The position numbers and the translations under genes are program-made. Shown piece by piece: positions 56,049 to 64,000 of a DNA stretch of 64,000 nucleotides. Source of the DNA: Acidobacteriota bacterium (lineage in GTDB: Bacteria; Acidobacteriota; Terriglobia; Bryobacterales; Bryobacteraceae); NCBI GenBank assembly GCA_018268715.1, contig JAFDVZ010000034.1:18057-82056 (forward strand). Direction: 5' to 3'. The stretch's first letter is position 1, and each line of letters opens with the position of its first letter. The notes below the pieces were generated by a model. The model saw nothing but the letters and a program-made list of their open reading frames with translations, had not been told where the DNA came from and ran no database searches.

Positions 56049-57446
56049 CTATGCAAAACTGCGACGCCCACGAATCCGGCCGGCGCGCGGAGTGAAGCCT
56101 TCATAGTGCCGCATGATCAACTGCGCCTCGATCTGGTTGACCGTGTCCATGGCCACGCCCACCACGATCAGCAGCGACGTGCCGCCGAAGTAAAACGAAA
56201 CCCCAAGCCCGTCGAGCAGCCAGCGCGGGAACGTCGAGTCGATGAAATTGCCCACCAACGGCAGGCGCTGGAGCTTAATGCCCGAAATCATGATCTGCGG
56301 CAGCAGCGACAACAGCGCCAGGTACAACCCGCCGACCATGGTGACCTTGGTCAAAATCTTGTTCATGTAGTCGGCCGTGTTCTTGCCCGGCCGAATGCCC
56401 GGAATAAAGCCGCCGTACTTGCGCATGTTGTCGGCCGCTTCGTTCGGGTTGAAGATGATCGAAACGTAGAAGAAACAGAAGAAGATGATCAGCAGCGTGT
56501 AGAGCAGGTAGTACAGCGGATTGGATCCGCCGATGGCCGCGAGCATCCCGCTCATGAACGGCGAGTTCTTCACCGCCTGCACCTGCATCAGAGTCTGCGG
56601 GAAGGCGAGCAGCGAGGAGGCGAAGATCACGGGGATCACGCCGCCGGCGTTTACCTTCAGGGGCAGGTGGGTAGACTGGCCGCCCATCATCCTGCGGCCG
56701 ACCACGCGCTTGGCGTACTGCACCGGGATGCGGCGTTCGCCGCGCTCCACCAGCACAATGAAGGCCACCACGGCGATCATCATGGCCAGGATTACAATCA
56801 GGTGAAACGCGCCCCAGGTCCGGGTGACGAAGACGTTGTTGTAGATCTCCCGGATGGCCCTGGGAAGGCCAACGACGATGCCGGCGAAGATGATCAGCGA
56901 CATACCGTTGCCGATGCCGCGCTCGGTGATCTGTTCGCCGAGCCACATGATGAACGCCGTACCGGTGGTCAGCGTCAGCATCGTCATCAGGATGAAACCG
57001 ATGCCCGGATTGGGGACGAAACCGCCCTCCGACTTCATGAGCACGCTCGAAATGCCGAACGACTGCATCATGGCGAGGCCGATCGTCAGGTAGCGGGTCC
57101 ATTGGGTGATCTTACGGCGACCCAACTCCCCTTCCTTCTGCAGCTTTTCGAGCGTGGGAACCACGACGGTCAGCAACTGGAGGATGATCGACGCCGTAAT
57201 GTAGGGCATGATGCCCAGCGCAAATACGGTTAAGCGCCGGAACATGCCGCCGCTGAACAGGTCGATATATCCCCACAGCGTTCCCTGGCTCTGCTGAAAG
57301 AACTGCTCCAGACGGTGGACGTCCACCCCGGGGGTGGGGATGACCGCGCCCAGCCGGTACACGGCCAACAAGCCGAGAGTAAACAGGACCCGTTTCCGCA
57401 GGTCCGGGATACGAAAGATGTTGGCTACGGCTTCGAAGAACTTCAT
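56049..57446 (-). CDS. secY: Preprotein translocase subunit SecY
   Basis: 465 aa, 10 TM. LFSGGMFRRLTVFALGIMPYITASIILQLL and GTAFIMWLGEQITERGIGNGMSLIIFAGI. Confidence 0.95.
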   Translation of the reverse strand: MKFFEAVANIFRIPDLRKRVLFTLGLLAVYRLGAVIPTPGVDVHRLEQFFQQSQGTLWGYIDLFSGGMFRRLTVFALGIMPYITASIILQLLTVVVPTLEKLQKEGELGRRKITQWTRYLTIGLAMMQSFGISSVLMKSEGGFVPNPGIGFILMTMLTLTTGTAFIMWLGEQITERGIGNGMSLIIFAGIVVGLPRAIREIYNNVFVTRTWGAFHLIVILAMMIAVVAFIVLVERGERRIPVQYAKRVVGRRMMGGQSTHLPLKVNAGGVIPVIFASSLLAFPQTLMQVQAVKNSPFMSGMLAAIGGSNPLYYLLYTLLIIFFCFFYVSIIFNPNEAADNMRKYGGFIPGIRPGKNTADYMNKILTKVTMVGGLYLALLSLLPQIMISGIKLQRLPLVGNFIDSTFPRWLLDGLGVSFYFGGTSLLIVVGVAMDTVNQIEAQLIMRHYEGFTPRAGRIRGRRSFA

Positions 57447-57508
57447 TGTTCGCTTTCCTGGAAACTATTGTCCCGCGACGGGACGTCCCGGGCTAGTGCC
57501 CGCACCAA

Positions 57509-57952
57509 CTACTGAATCACTTCGGCCTTGCCGCCGGCCTTCTCAATCTTCTCAACCGCCGATTTGGAAAACAGGTTGGCCTTGACGTGGATGGCGCGGG
57601 TCAACTCGCCCGTGCCGAGGATCTTCACGCCGTCCTGCACTTTCCGGATCACGCCGAGTTCGAGGAGCTTGCCGGGATCGAAACTGTCGCCTTCGAGCTC
57701 CGCCAGACGGTTCAGGTTCACGACCACGTAGTCCTTCTTGAAGATATTGGTGAAGCCGCGCTTCGGCAGACGGCGGTGCAGCGGCATCTGGCCGCCTTCG
57801 AAACCGCGCATCGAGCTGTAGCCGGAAATCGACTTCTGGCCCTTGGCGCCGCGTCCGGAGTACTTGCCGCGGCCCGAGCCCATGCCCTGACCAATACGCT
57901 GCTCCTTCTGGACCTGTCCGGCGGGAGGATGTAGATTGCTGAGATTCGCCAT
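57509..57952 (-). CDS. rplO: 50S ribosomal protein L15
   Basis: [33 protein letters not shown]. Confidence 0.95.
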   Translation of the reverse strand: MANLSNLHPPAGQVQKEQRIGQGMGSGRGKYSGRGAKGQKSISGYSSMRGFEGGQMPLHRRLPKRGFTNIFKKDYVVVNLNRLAELEGDSFDPGKLLELGVIRKVQDGVKILGTGELTRAIHVKANLFSKSAVEKIEKAGGKAEVIQ

Positions 57953-57958
57953 GGCGCG

Positions 57959-58147
57959 TTAGCCTTCTTCCACGATTTGCAACAGATGCGGCACCTTGTT
58001 GACCATGCCGCGGAACTCCGGCCGGTCGGGCCGCTCCACCACGCGGTTCATCTTCTTCAGACCGAGCGCGCGGACGATTGCCTTCTGCTTTTCGGGTGTG
58101 CAGATCGGACTGCCCACCAGCTTGATTTTGATCTTGCCTTCCGCCAT
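57959..58147 (-). CDS. rpmD: 50S ribosomal protein L30
   Basis: KIKLVGSPICTPEKQKAIVRALGLKKMNRVVERPDRPEFRGMVNKVPHLL. Confidence 0.93.
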   Translation of the reverse strand: MAEGKIKIKLVGSPICTPEKQKAIVRALGLKKMNRVVERPDRPEFRGMVNKVPHLLQIVEEG

Positions 58148-58163
58148 TGTCGTGTACCTGTAT

Positions 58164-58715
58164 CTATGCGGTGGGCTGCGTCTTCACCGGCGGCTGATAG
58201 GCGTCGAGCTTATCGACGGCAATGCCGCGCAGGTCGGCCGCGGCCGCCTTGTCGCGAATCTGCTCGAGCGCGTTGATGGTCGCCTTCACCACGTTGTGCG
58301 GGTTGTGCGAACCGATCGACTTGGTCAGCACGTTGGGAATGCCAACGGCCTGGATGACGGCGCGCACCGGGCCGCCGGCGATGACGCCGGTTCCTTCGGG
58401 CGCGGGCTTGAGCAACACCATTCCGCTTCCGAAACGGCCCAGCACGGGGTGCAGGATGGTGGTCTCAAGGACGTTGATCTTGCGGAGGTTCTTCTTGGCC
58501 GACTCGATGCCCTTCTTGATGGCGGCCGGGACTTCCTTGGCCTTCCCGGTTCCGAAGCCGACGACCTTCGCGCCGGGATCGCCCACCACCACCAGAGCCG
58601 AAAAGCTCAGGTTCTTGCCGCCCTTGACGACCTTCGTCACGCGGTTGATGGAGACGACGTGTTCCTTCAGATTCAGACTGTTCGAATCGACTCTCTTGGT
58701 CACGTGAGCAGGCAT
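58164..58715 (-). CDS. rpsE: 30S ribosomal protein S5
   Basis: [57 protein letters not shown]. Confidence 0.95.
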   Translation of the reverse strand: MPAHVTKRVDSNSLNLKEHVVSINRVTKVVKGGKNLSFSALVVVGDPGAKVVGFGTGKAKEVPAAIKKGIESAKKNLRKINVLETTILHPVLGRFGSGMVLLKPAPEGTGVIAGGPVRAVIQAVGIPNVLTKSIGSHNPHNVVKATINALEQIRDKAAAADLRGIAVDKLDAYQPPVKTQPTA

Positions 58716-58719
58716 CTAG

Positions 58720-59079
58720 TTAGAACTCCAGTCCGGCTTCCCGGGCGGCATCGGCCAGGGCCTTGATGCGGCCGTGATAGAGATATCCGCCGCGATCAAA
58801 GACCACCTTCTTAATTCCCTTTTCCTGCGCGCGCTGGGCGAGCAGTTTTCCGATTTCCTTGGCGCCGGCGACGTTGCCGCCGCTTGCGCCGCCGACCTTC
58901 TTCTCAACCGACGAAGCGGCGGCCAGGGTGTGGCCCACGGTGTCGTCAATCACCTGCGCGGAGATGTGCTTCAGGCTGCGAAACACGGCCAGGCGCGGCC
59001 GCTCCGGCGTGCCCGAAACACGCTGCCGGATGCGTTTGTGAACTCTGACGCGAATATCGTCTTTGCTATCGCGTGGCAT
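58720..59079 (-). CDS. rplR: 50S ribosomal protein L18
   Basis: [63 protein letters not shown]. Confidence 0.95.
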   Translation of the reverse strand: MPRDSKDDIRVRVHKRIRQRVSGTPERPRLAVFRSLKHISAQVIDDTVGHTLAAASSVEKKVGGASGGNVAGAKEIGKLLAQRAQEKGIKKVVFDRGGYLYHGRIKALADAAREAGLEF

Positions 59080-59627
59080 TACTTACCTCCCGACTTGCCG
59101 CCCGCGCCGGCCTTACCGACCTTCTTGCGCAGGACCTCACCGGTGTAGCGGACGCCCTTGTTCTTATAGGGATCCGGCGGACGCAGGGCGCGGATATTGG
59201 CCGCCACCTGACCGAGCAGTTGCCGGTCGTGGCCCGTAAGGACCAGGTGCGTCTGCTTATCCACCTTCATGTCGACCCCTTCGGGCAGGAAGAACTCGAT
59301 CGGATGCGAATAGCCGAGCGTAAACGTGGCCACGCGGCCCTTGACGTCGGCGCGGTAGCCGATGCCAATGATGTCCAGTTCGCGAGTCCAACCGGTGGAG
59401 ACGCCGGTGATCGCGTTGGCGGCGAGAGCGCGGGTCAAGCCGTGGAGCGCGGCGAAGTTGTCGCCGTCACGCTGCACTTCGACGTTGCCGGCGTTCTGCC
59501 GCACAGTGACGCCCTTCGGAATGGGGACCGACAGCTTGCCCTTCGGTCCTTCTACCTGCAGTTGTTCGCCGATGGTCAGTTTCACGCCCTTGGGGAGCGG
59601 AATCGGCTTCTTTCCAACACGTGACAT
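59079..59627 (-). CDS. rplF: 50S ribosomal protein L6
   Basis: [41 protein letters not shown]. Its TAA overlaps the rplR ATG (TAATG). Confidence 0.95.
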   Translation of the reverse strand: MSRVGKKPIPLPKGVKLTIGEQLQVEGPKGKLSVPIPKGVTVRQNAGNVEVQRDGDNFAALHGLTRALAANAITGVSTGWTRELDIIGIGYRADVKGRVATFTLGYSHPIEFFLPEGVDMKVDKQTHLVLTGHDRQLLGQVAANIRALRPPDPYKNKGVRYTGEVLRKKVGKAGAGGKSGGK

Positions 59628-59633
59628 AGTATT

Positions 59634-59744
59634 CCTGGTGGTCGGTGGTCAGTGGTCAGTGGTCCGTTTCGACCCCGTCTCACCGCTCCGACCGGTTTCT
59701 CAATCGCATCAGCACCGGCCACTGGCCACCGGCCACCGGCCACT
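59634..59744. repeat. Inverted heptad (GTGGYCR)n element, copy c (rpsH|rplF spacer); the best copy
   Basis: GGTGGTC GGTGGTC AGTGGTC AGTGGTC (59637-59664), a ~52-nt spacer, then GGCCACT GGCCACC GGCCACC GGCCACT (59717-59744). On the mRNA the arm abuts the rplF SD (GACCACCAGGAAUACUAUG). Confidence 0.75.
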
Positions 59745-59750
59745 TTCCGC

Positions 59751-60143
59751 CTACCAAACCTGACAAAGCACTTCGCCGCCCACGCCTTCCTTGCGGGCGC
59801 TCGCGCCGCTCATCACGCCGCGCGGGGTCGTCAGGATGTTGACGCCCAGTCCGCCCAGCACACGCGGCACTTCCTTCGAGCCGACATACACGCGGCAGCC
59901 CGGACGCGACACGCGCTCGATGCGCGAGATCACCGGGACGTTGCCGGGCGTGTACTTGAGATAAATGCGGATGAACTTCTTGGCTCCCTCTTCGGTGAGC
60001 TTGTAGTTCAGGATGTAGCCTTCTTCCTTAAGTATCCGCGCGATCTCGGTCTTCAGCTTCGAGGCCGGCACGTCGACCTTCGGGTGGCGGGCATTGATCG
60101 CGTTACGAACGCGAGTCAGCATGTCTGCTACGGGATCCGTCAT
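59751..60143 (-). CDS. rpsH: 30S ribosomal protein S8
   Basis: From the ATG at 60143: [28 protein letters not shown].. (130 aa). The track ORF starts 28 codons upstream, inside rpsN. Confidence 0.95.
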   Translation of the reverse strand: MTDPVADMLTRVRNAINARHPKVDVPASKLKTEIARILKEEGYILNYKLTEEGAKKFIRIYLKYTPGNVPVISRIERVSRPGCRVYVGSKEVPRVLGGLGVNILTTPRGVMSGASARKEGVGGEVLCQVW

Positions 60144-60157
60144 CGTTCCACCTCTTC

Positions 60158-60367
60158 CTACCAACTCGCCTTGGTCACGCCGGGAATCTCGCCGGCGAGC
60201 GCCAACAGCCGGAAACAGATCCGGCACAGCCCGAACTTACGGATATATCCGCGCGGACGTCCGCAGCGGAAGCAACGGTTGCGGTGACGGCACTGCAGCT
60301 TCGGCGTCTTGGCGATCCTCGCCTTTAACAGCTTCTCATCACGTGCGATTTTGGCGGTTGTTGCCAT
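60158..60367 (-). CDS. rpsN: 30S ribosomal protein S14, zinc-binding type Z
   Basis: 69 aa. [38 protein letters not shown] (CxxC..CxxC). Confidence 0.93.
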   Translation of the reverse strand: MATTAKIARDEKLLKARIAKTPKLQCRHRNRCFRCGRPRGYIRKFGLCRICFRLLALAGEIPGVTKASW

Positions 60368-60395
60368 GTGATCTTCTCAAATTCTCCCTACGCGC

Positions 60396-61067
60396 CTATT
60401 GCCGGAACGGCATCCCCAGACTCTTCAGCAACGACCGGCCTTCGGGGTCGGTCTTCGCCGTCGTCGTGATGCAGATGTTCATGCCCTTGACCTTCTCCAC
60501 CTTGTTGTAGTCGATCTCGGGGAAAATCAGCTGGTCCTTCACGCCGAGCGTGTAGTTGCCGCGCCCGTCGAAACTCTTGGTCGACACGCCGCGGAAGTCG
60601 CGCACGCGCGGCAGGGCGACGTTCATCAACCGGTCGAGAAACTCGTACATGCGGTCGCCGCGCAGCGTCACACGGCAGCCGATGGACATGCCTTCACGCA
60701 ACTTGAACGCGGCGATGGACTTTTTCGCCTTGGTGACCACGGGCTTCTGGCCGGCGATGGCGGTCAACTCGTTCACCGCTCCGTCCATCAGCTTGGGGTT
60801 CTGCGTCGCCTCGCCCAGGCCGATGTTCAACGAGACCTTCTCGATCTTCGGCACGGCGTTCATGTTCGCGTATCCGAATTCCTTCACCAGGGAGGCGATG
60901 ACCGTCTTCTGGTAGTGCACCCGGAGCCGCGCCGGCGTCTTGCTCGACGCCTTCGGAGCGGCCGCCTTCTCTTGGACCGCGCCCTTGGATTCGCCTTTCG
61001 GCTCGCCCTTTGCGCCCTTGGCGGGCTTTGCGCCCTGCGCCTTCGGATCCTTGTTCTTCTCTGCCAT
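60396..61067 (-). CDS. rplE: 50S ribosomal protein L5 with ~44-aa Lys/Ala/Gly/Pro-rich N-terminal extension
   Basis: Core [62 protein letters not shown]. The only in-frame ATG is at 61067. Starting at GTG ~60925 would leave a 200-nt gap in a compact operon. Confidence 0.88.
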   Translation of the reverse strand: MAEKNKDPKAQGAKPAKGAKGEPKGESKGAVQEKAAAPKASSKTPARLRVHYQKTVIASLVKEFGYANMNAVPKIEKVSLNIGLGEATQNPKLMDGAVNELTAIAGQKPVVTKAKKSIAAFKLREGMSIGCRVTLRGDRMYEFLDRLMNVALPRVRDFRGVSTKSFDGRGNYTLGVKDQLIFPEIDYNKVEKVKGMNICITTTAKTDPEGRSLLKSLGMPFRQ

Positions 61068-61122
61068 GTGTTTCCTCGGGTTCGGTTATCGGACCGCCGG
61101 GCGGCCCGAGACTCCGACCAGC

Positions 61123-61506
61123 CTAGCCTCGCTTCTCCAGAATCTCGCCGCCCTTTTTCGCGATGCGAACGCGATGGGCGGTGGGTCCGCTGCCTTCGAT
61201 GCGGTAGCCCACGCGGGTGGCGACGCCGCCCGAGGTGACCAGCATGACGTTGGAAATGTCGATCGCGCTCTCGCGCTCGGCGATGCCGCCCTTGATCTGC
61301 CGCTGCGGATTCGGCTTGGTGTGGCGCTTCACCATCGAGATGCCTTCCACCACCACCTTGCCATTTTCGCGGTCCACGCTCAACACGCGACCGGTCTTGC
61401 CCTTATCGCGGCCGGCGATCACCTTCACCATGTCGTCCTTGCGGACCTTGGACTTGATGACCGGCTTCGGCGCGTTCGCGTACCGCTGGGGGGTTCGTGC
61501 CGCCAT
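61123..61506 (-). CDS. rplX: 50S ribosomal protein L24
   Basis: KVRKDDMVKVIAGRDKGKTGRVLSVDRENGKVVVEGI..HTKPNPQ (KOW motif). The N-terminus is about 18 aa longer than in E. coli. Confidence 0.93.
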   Translation of the reverse strand: MAARTPQRYANAPKPVIKSKVRKDDMVKVIAGRDKGKTGRVLSVDRENGKVVVEGISMVKRHTKPNPQRQIKGGIAERESAIDISNVMLVTSGGVATRVGYRIEGSGPTAHRVRIAKKGGEILEKRG

Positions 61507-61507
61507 G

Positions 61508-61876
61508 TTAGATCACCTCCGGAGCGAGCGAAACGATCTTCATGAACTTCTTGTCGCGCAGTTCGCGGGCGACGGGCCCGAACACGCGCGTGCCCACCGG
61601 CTCGCCGAGTTCGTTCACCAGCACCGCCGCGTTCGAATCGAAGCGGATGTAGGTGCCATCCTTGCGGCGGGTTTCCTTACGCATCCGAACGATCACGCAA
61701 CGCACGACCTTGCCCTTCTTAATGTTGGAGTCGGGAGCCGCTTCCTTGACGGCGGCCGTGACAATGTCGCCCAGACCCGCGCGCAGACCCTTGTCGCCGC
61801 CGCGGGGCAGAATGCAGCTCAACTTACGGGCGCCGGAGTTGTCGGCCACCTCGAGAATGGTTCTCATTCCGATCAT
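61508..61876 (-). CDS. rplN: 50S ribosomal protein L14
   Basis: [47 protein letters not shown]. Confidence 0.95.
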   Translation of the reverse strand: MIGMRTILEVADNSGARKLSCILPRGGDKGLRAGLGDIVTAAVKEAAPDSNIKKGKVVRCVIVRMRKETRRKDGTYIRFDSNAAVLVNELGEPVGTRVFGPVARELRDKKFMKIVSLAPEVI

Positions 61877-61879
61877 GGA

Positions 61880-62251
61880 CTATTTACCCCGCTTTCCCGG
61901 CTTCTTGTTGGTCTTGGGACCCGTTTCGGCCTTCACGCCCTCCGGGACCAGATCGAGAGCGCTCGGCTCCACCGAGACCTGGACGGCCTTGCGGACCACC
62001 TCACCCAACGTCCAGCGCTTCAGCTTGCTCAGGGGACGGCATTCGATGATGCGCACCATGTCGCCCATCTTGGCCTCGCCCTTCTCGTCGTGCGCGTAGA
62101 AGCGCTTACGCTTGCTGATGATGCGCTTGTAGATCGGGTGGGGCACCCGGCGGCTGACCTCGACCACGATGGTTTTGGCCATCTTGGTGGAAACCACCTG
62201 GCCAACCTTTTCGTTCTTGTGAGTTTCGTGCTTCTGGGCTTCGTCGGCCAT
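61880..62251 (-). CDS. rpsQ: 30S ribosomal protein S17 (with C-terminal extension)
   Basis: [58 protein letters not shown]. Confidence 0.93.
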   Translation of the reverse strand: MADEAQKHETHKNEKVGQVVSTKMAKTIVVEVSRRVPHPIYKRIISKRKRFYAHDEKGEAKMGDMVRIIECRPLSKLKRWTLGEVVRKAVQVSVEPSALDLVPEGVKAETGPKTNKKPGKRGK

Positions 62252-62254
62252 CGC

Positions 62255-62452
62255 TTACTTGCTCCCCTTCTCACGCTCGGCCAGGACGGTGAGCATACGC
62301 GCGCGGTCCTTGCGGAGCTGGCGGTACTTCTTGAGACCGTCGGTCTGGCCCATCGACATCTGGAACTTCAGCCGGAACATCTGCTCGGCGGAGTCGGTAG
62401 CCTGCTTGCGCAGCTCGTTGGCGTCCAGTTCGCGAATCTTGTCGGCTTTCAT
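62255..62452 (-). CDS. rpmC: 50S ribosomal protein L29
   Basis: [48 protein letters not shown]. Confidence 0.93.
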   Translation of the reverse strand: MKADKIRELDANELRKQATDSAEQMFRLKFQMSMGQTDGLKKYRQLRKDRARMLTVLAEREKGSK

Positions 62453-62482
62453 CGGATTCTCTTTCCCTGCTGCTGCGGCGGC

Positions 62483-62899
<417 letters not shown>

Positions 62900-62912
62900 G
62901 GCTGTTCTCTCC

Positions 62913-63034
62913 TAGTGGCCAGTGGCCAGTGGTCGGTGGCCAGTCGCCACTCTCCACCCGCACCGCCATGAATCTCCTGAAGTCGGCGGCCGTGGGGACC
63001 GTTTCCGGCCACTGTCCACCGCCCACCGACCACT
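62913..63034. repeat. Inverted heptad (GTGGYCR)n element, copy d (rpsC|rplP spacer)
   Basis: AGTGGCC AGTGGCC AGTGGTC GGTGGCC AGTCGCC (62914-62948), a ~58-nt spacer, then GGCCACTGTCCACCGCCCACCGACCACT (63007-63034), which is more degenerate. On the mRNA the arm abuts the rplP SD (GGCCACUAGGAGAGAACAGCCAUG). Confidence 0.65.
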
Positions 63035-63036
63035 CG

Positions 63037-63966
63037 CTATTCCTTACCCTTATCCTCGCTGCCCGGCTCCCGCGCTTCCTGCTTCCAGGCCGGCGCCGGA
63101 GGCGCCATGGGAGGCAGAATCGGAGCCACCGCCCGCGACGGCAACTCGCCCGGAGGCGCCTGCACCACGCCGTGATCGGCCGCGACAACCGGCGGCGGAG
63201 CGGCCTGCCGCTCTCCACCGTGCCCGCGATCGCCGCCATGGCCGCGATCCCCACGGTCCCTGCGGTCGCCCCGGTCCCCACGCTCGCGACGATCGCGACG
63301 GCGCGGCTCGGGTTCGGCGCGCAGGCCCAGACGGCGTCCGCCGTCGAGCACTTCACCCTTGTAGGTCCAGCACTTGATGCCGATCACGCCGTAGGTGGTG
63401 TAGGCTTCGCTGAAGCCGTAGTCCACATCGGCGCGCAGCGTGTGCAGCGGAAGCTGTCCCTGCAGATACCATTCGCTGCGGGCGATTTCGGCGCCGTTCA
63501 GACGGCCCGAAACGCGAACCTTGATCCCCTTGCAGCCGAAGCGCAGCGCGCTGTCGACGGCCTTGCGCATCGCGCGGCGAAACGCCACGCGCTTCTCAAG
63601 CTGCAGCGCGATCGACTCGCTCACCAGCTGCGCGTCGAGCTCGGGCTTGTGAACTTCCTGAATGTCGATGAAGACTTCCCGGCCCGTCTTCTTCGCGAGA
63701 TCGCTCTTCAGCTTCTCGATTTCGGCGCCCTTGCGGCCAATGATGATGCCGGGACGCGACGTGCGGATGGTGACGCGCAGCTTATTGCCCGGACGGTCCA
63801 CTTCAATCGAGCTGACGCCGGCCGCCTTCAGGCGCTCGCGCAGCGAATCCTTCAGGTCGAGATCCTCTTTGAGGAGCTTCGCGTAGTCCTGGTTGGCGAA
63901 CCAGCGGGACCGCCACGTCTTCGTGACGCCCAGCCTGAAACCATAGGGGTGTGTTTTCTGTCCCAT
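63037..63966 (-). CDS. rpsC: 30S ribosomal protein S3 with ~100-aa C-terminal extension
   Basis: [24 protein letters not shown].., KH domain [31 protein letters not shown]. The tail from about aa 208 is [33 protein letters not shown] followed by a Pro/Ala-rich segment. Confidence 0.93.
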   Translation of the reverse strand: MGQKTHPYGFRLGVTKTWRSRWFANQDYAKLLKEDLDLKDSLRERLKAAGVSSIEVDRPGNKLRVTIRTSRPGIIIGRKGAEIEKLKSDLAKKTGREVFIDIQEVHKPELDAQLVSESIALQLEKRVAFRRAMRKAVDSALRFGCKGIKVRVSGRLNGAEIARSEWYLQGQLPLHTLRADVDYGFSEAYTTYGVIGIKCWTYKGEVLDGGRRLGLRAEPEPRRRDRRERGDRGDRRDRGDRGHGGDRGHGGERQAAPPPVVAADHGVVQAPPGELPSRAVAPILPPMAPPAPAWKQEAREPGSEDKGKE

Positions 63967-63974
63967 CCGCTACC

Positions 63975-64000
63975 TTATTCCTTGTCTCCCACCGCGACCA
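63975..64000 (-). CDS. rplV: 3' end of 50S ribosomal protein L22 gene (partial, only 8 codons visible)
   Basis: The minus-strand frame ends ..VAVGDKE-TAA, 8 nt upstream of the rpsC ATG. The call rests on conserved S10-operon synteny (rplV-rpsC), not on the 8 residues. Confidence 0.45.

Overview
High-GC chromosomal segment that looks acidobacterial, probably Solibacter/Bryobacter-like. The inference rests on two PadR-ADOP duplicated-permease modules, a CarboxypepD_reg-type TonB-dependent barrel and a Solibacter-type C-terminal domain. Layout: (i) 0-31 kb holds mixed metabolism, transport and signalling genes. These are a beta-lactamase-like hydrolase missing from the ORF track, an orphan secreted Cys-rich protein, a TonB-dependent barrel, hutH, a SpoU methylase, GGT, aminopeptidase P, a CHASE2 kinase/sigma54 regulator/PilJ-type MCP trio, an arylsulfatase, a CrtI-like oxidoreductase, KaiB plus a hybrid kinase, an EamA transporter, a PfkB kinase, an APC permease, tRNA-Leu(UAA) and a sialate O-acetylesterase-like protein. 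(ii) 31-43 kb is an accessory, partly decayed stretch. It holds two PadR-ADOP modules flanking a 426-aa protein with a C-terminal HEPN-like Rx4H motif, a hicA remnant, an enolase-superfamily pseudogene, and a TIR domain fused to a cysteine-less FGE/SUMF1-like domain. (iii) 43-49.4 kb is an RND efflux operon with a divergent MarR gene. (iv) 49.5-64 kb carries a DEAD-box helicase and the minus-strand ribosomal string rplV'-rpsC...rplQ. Best candidates for novel biology: the TIR-FGE-like fusion and the HEPN-like protein (a small candidate defence cluster); a split-SasA-like KaiB + kinase pair; inverted heptad (GTGGYCR)n hairpin elements in every long spacer of the ribosomal operons; a ~170-nt non-coding repeat present twice; and CAGGAGA/TCTCCTG inverted repeats upstream of both PadR genes. 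All calls come from reading translations and sequence by eye, with no database search.
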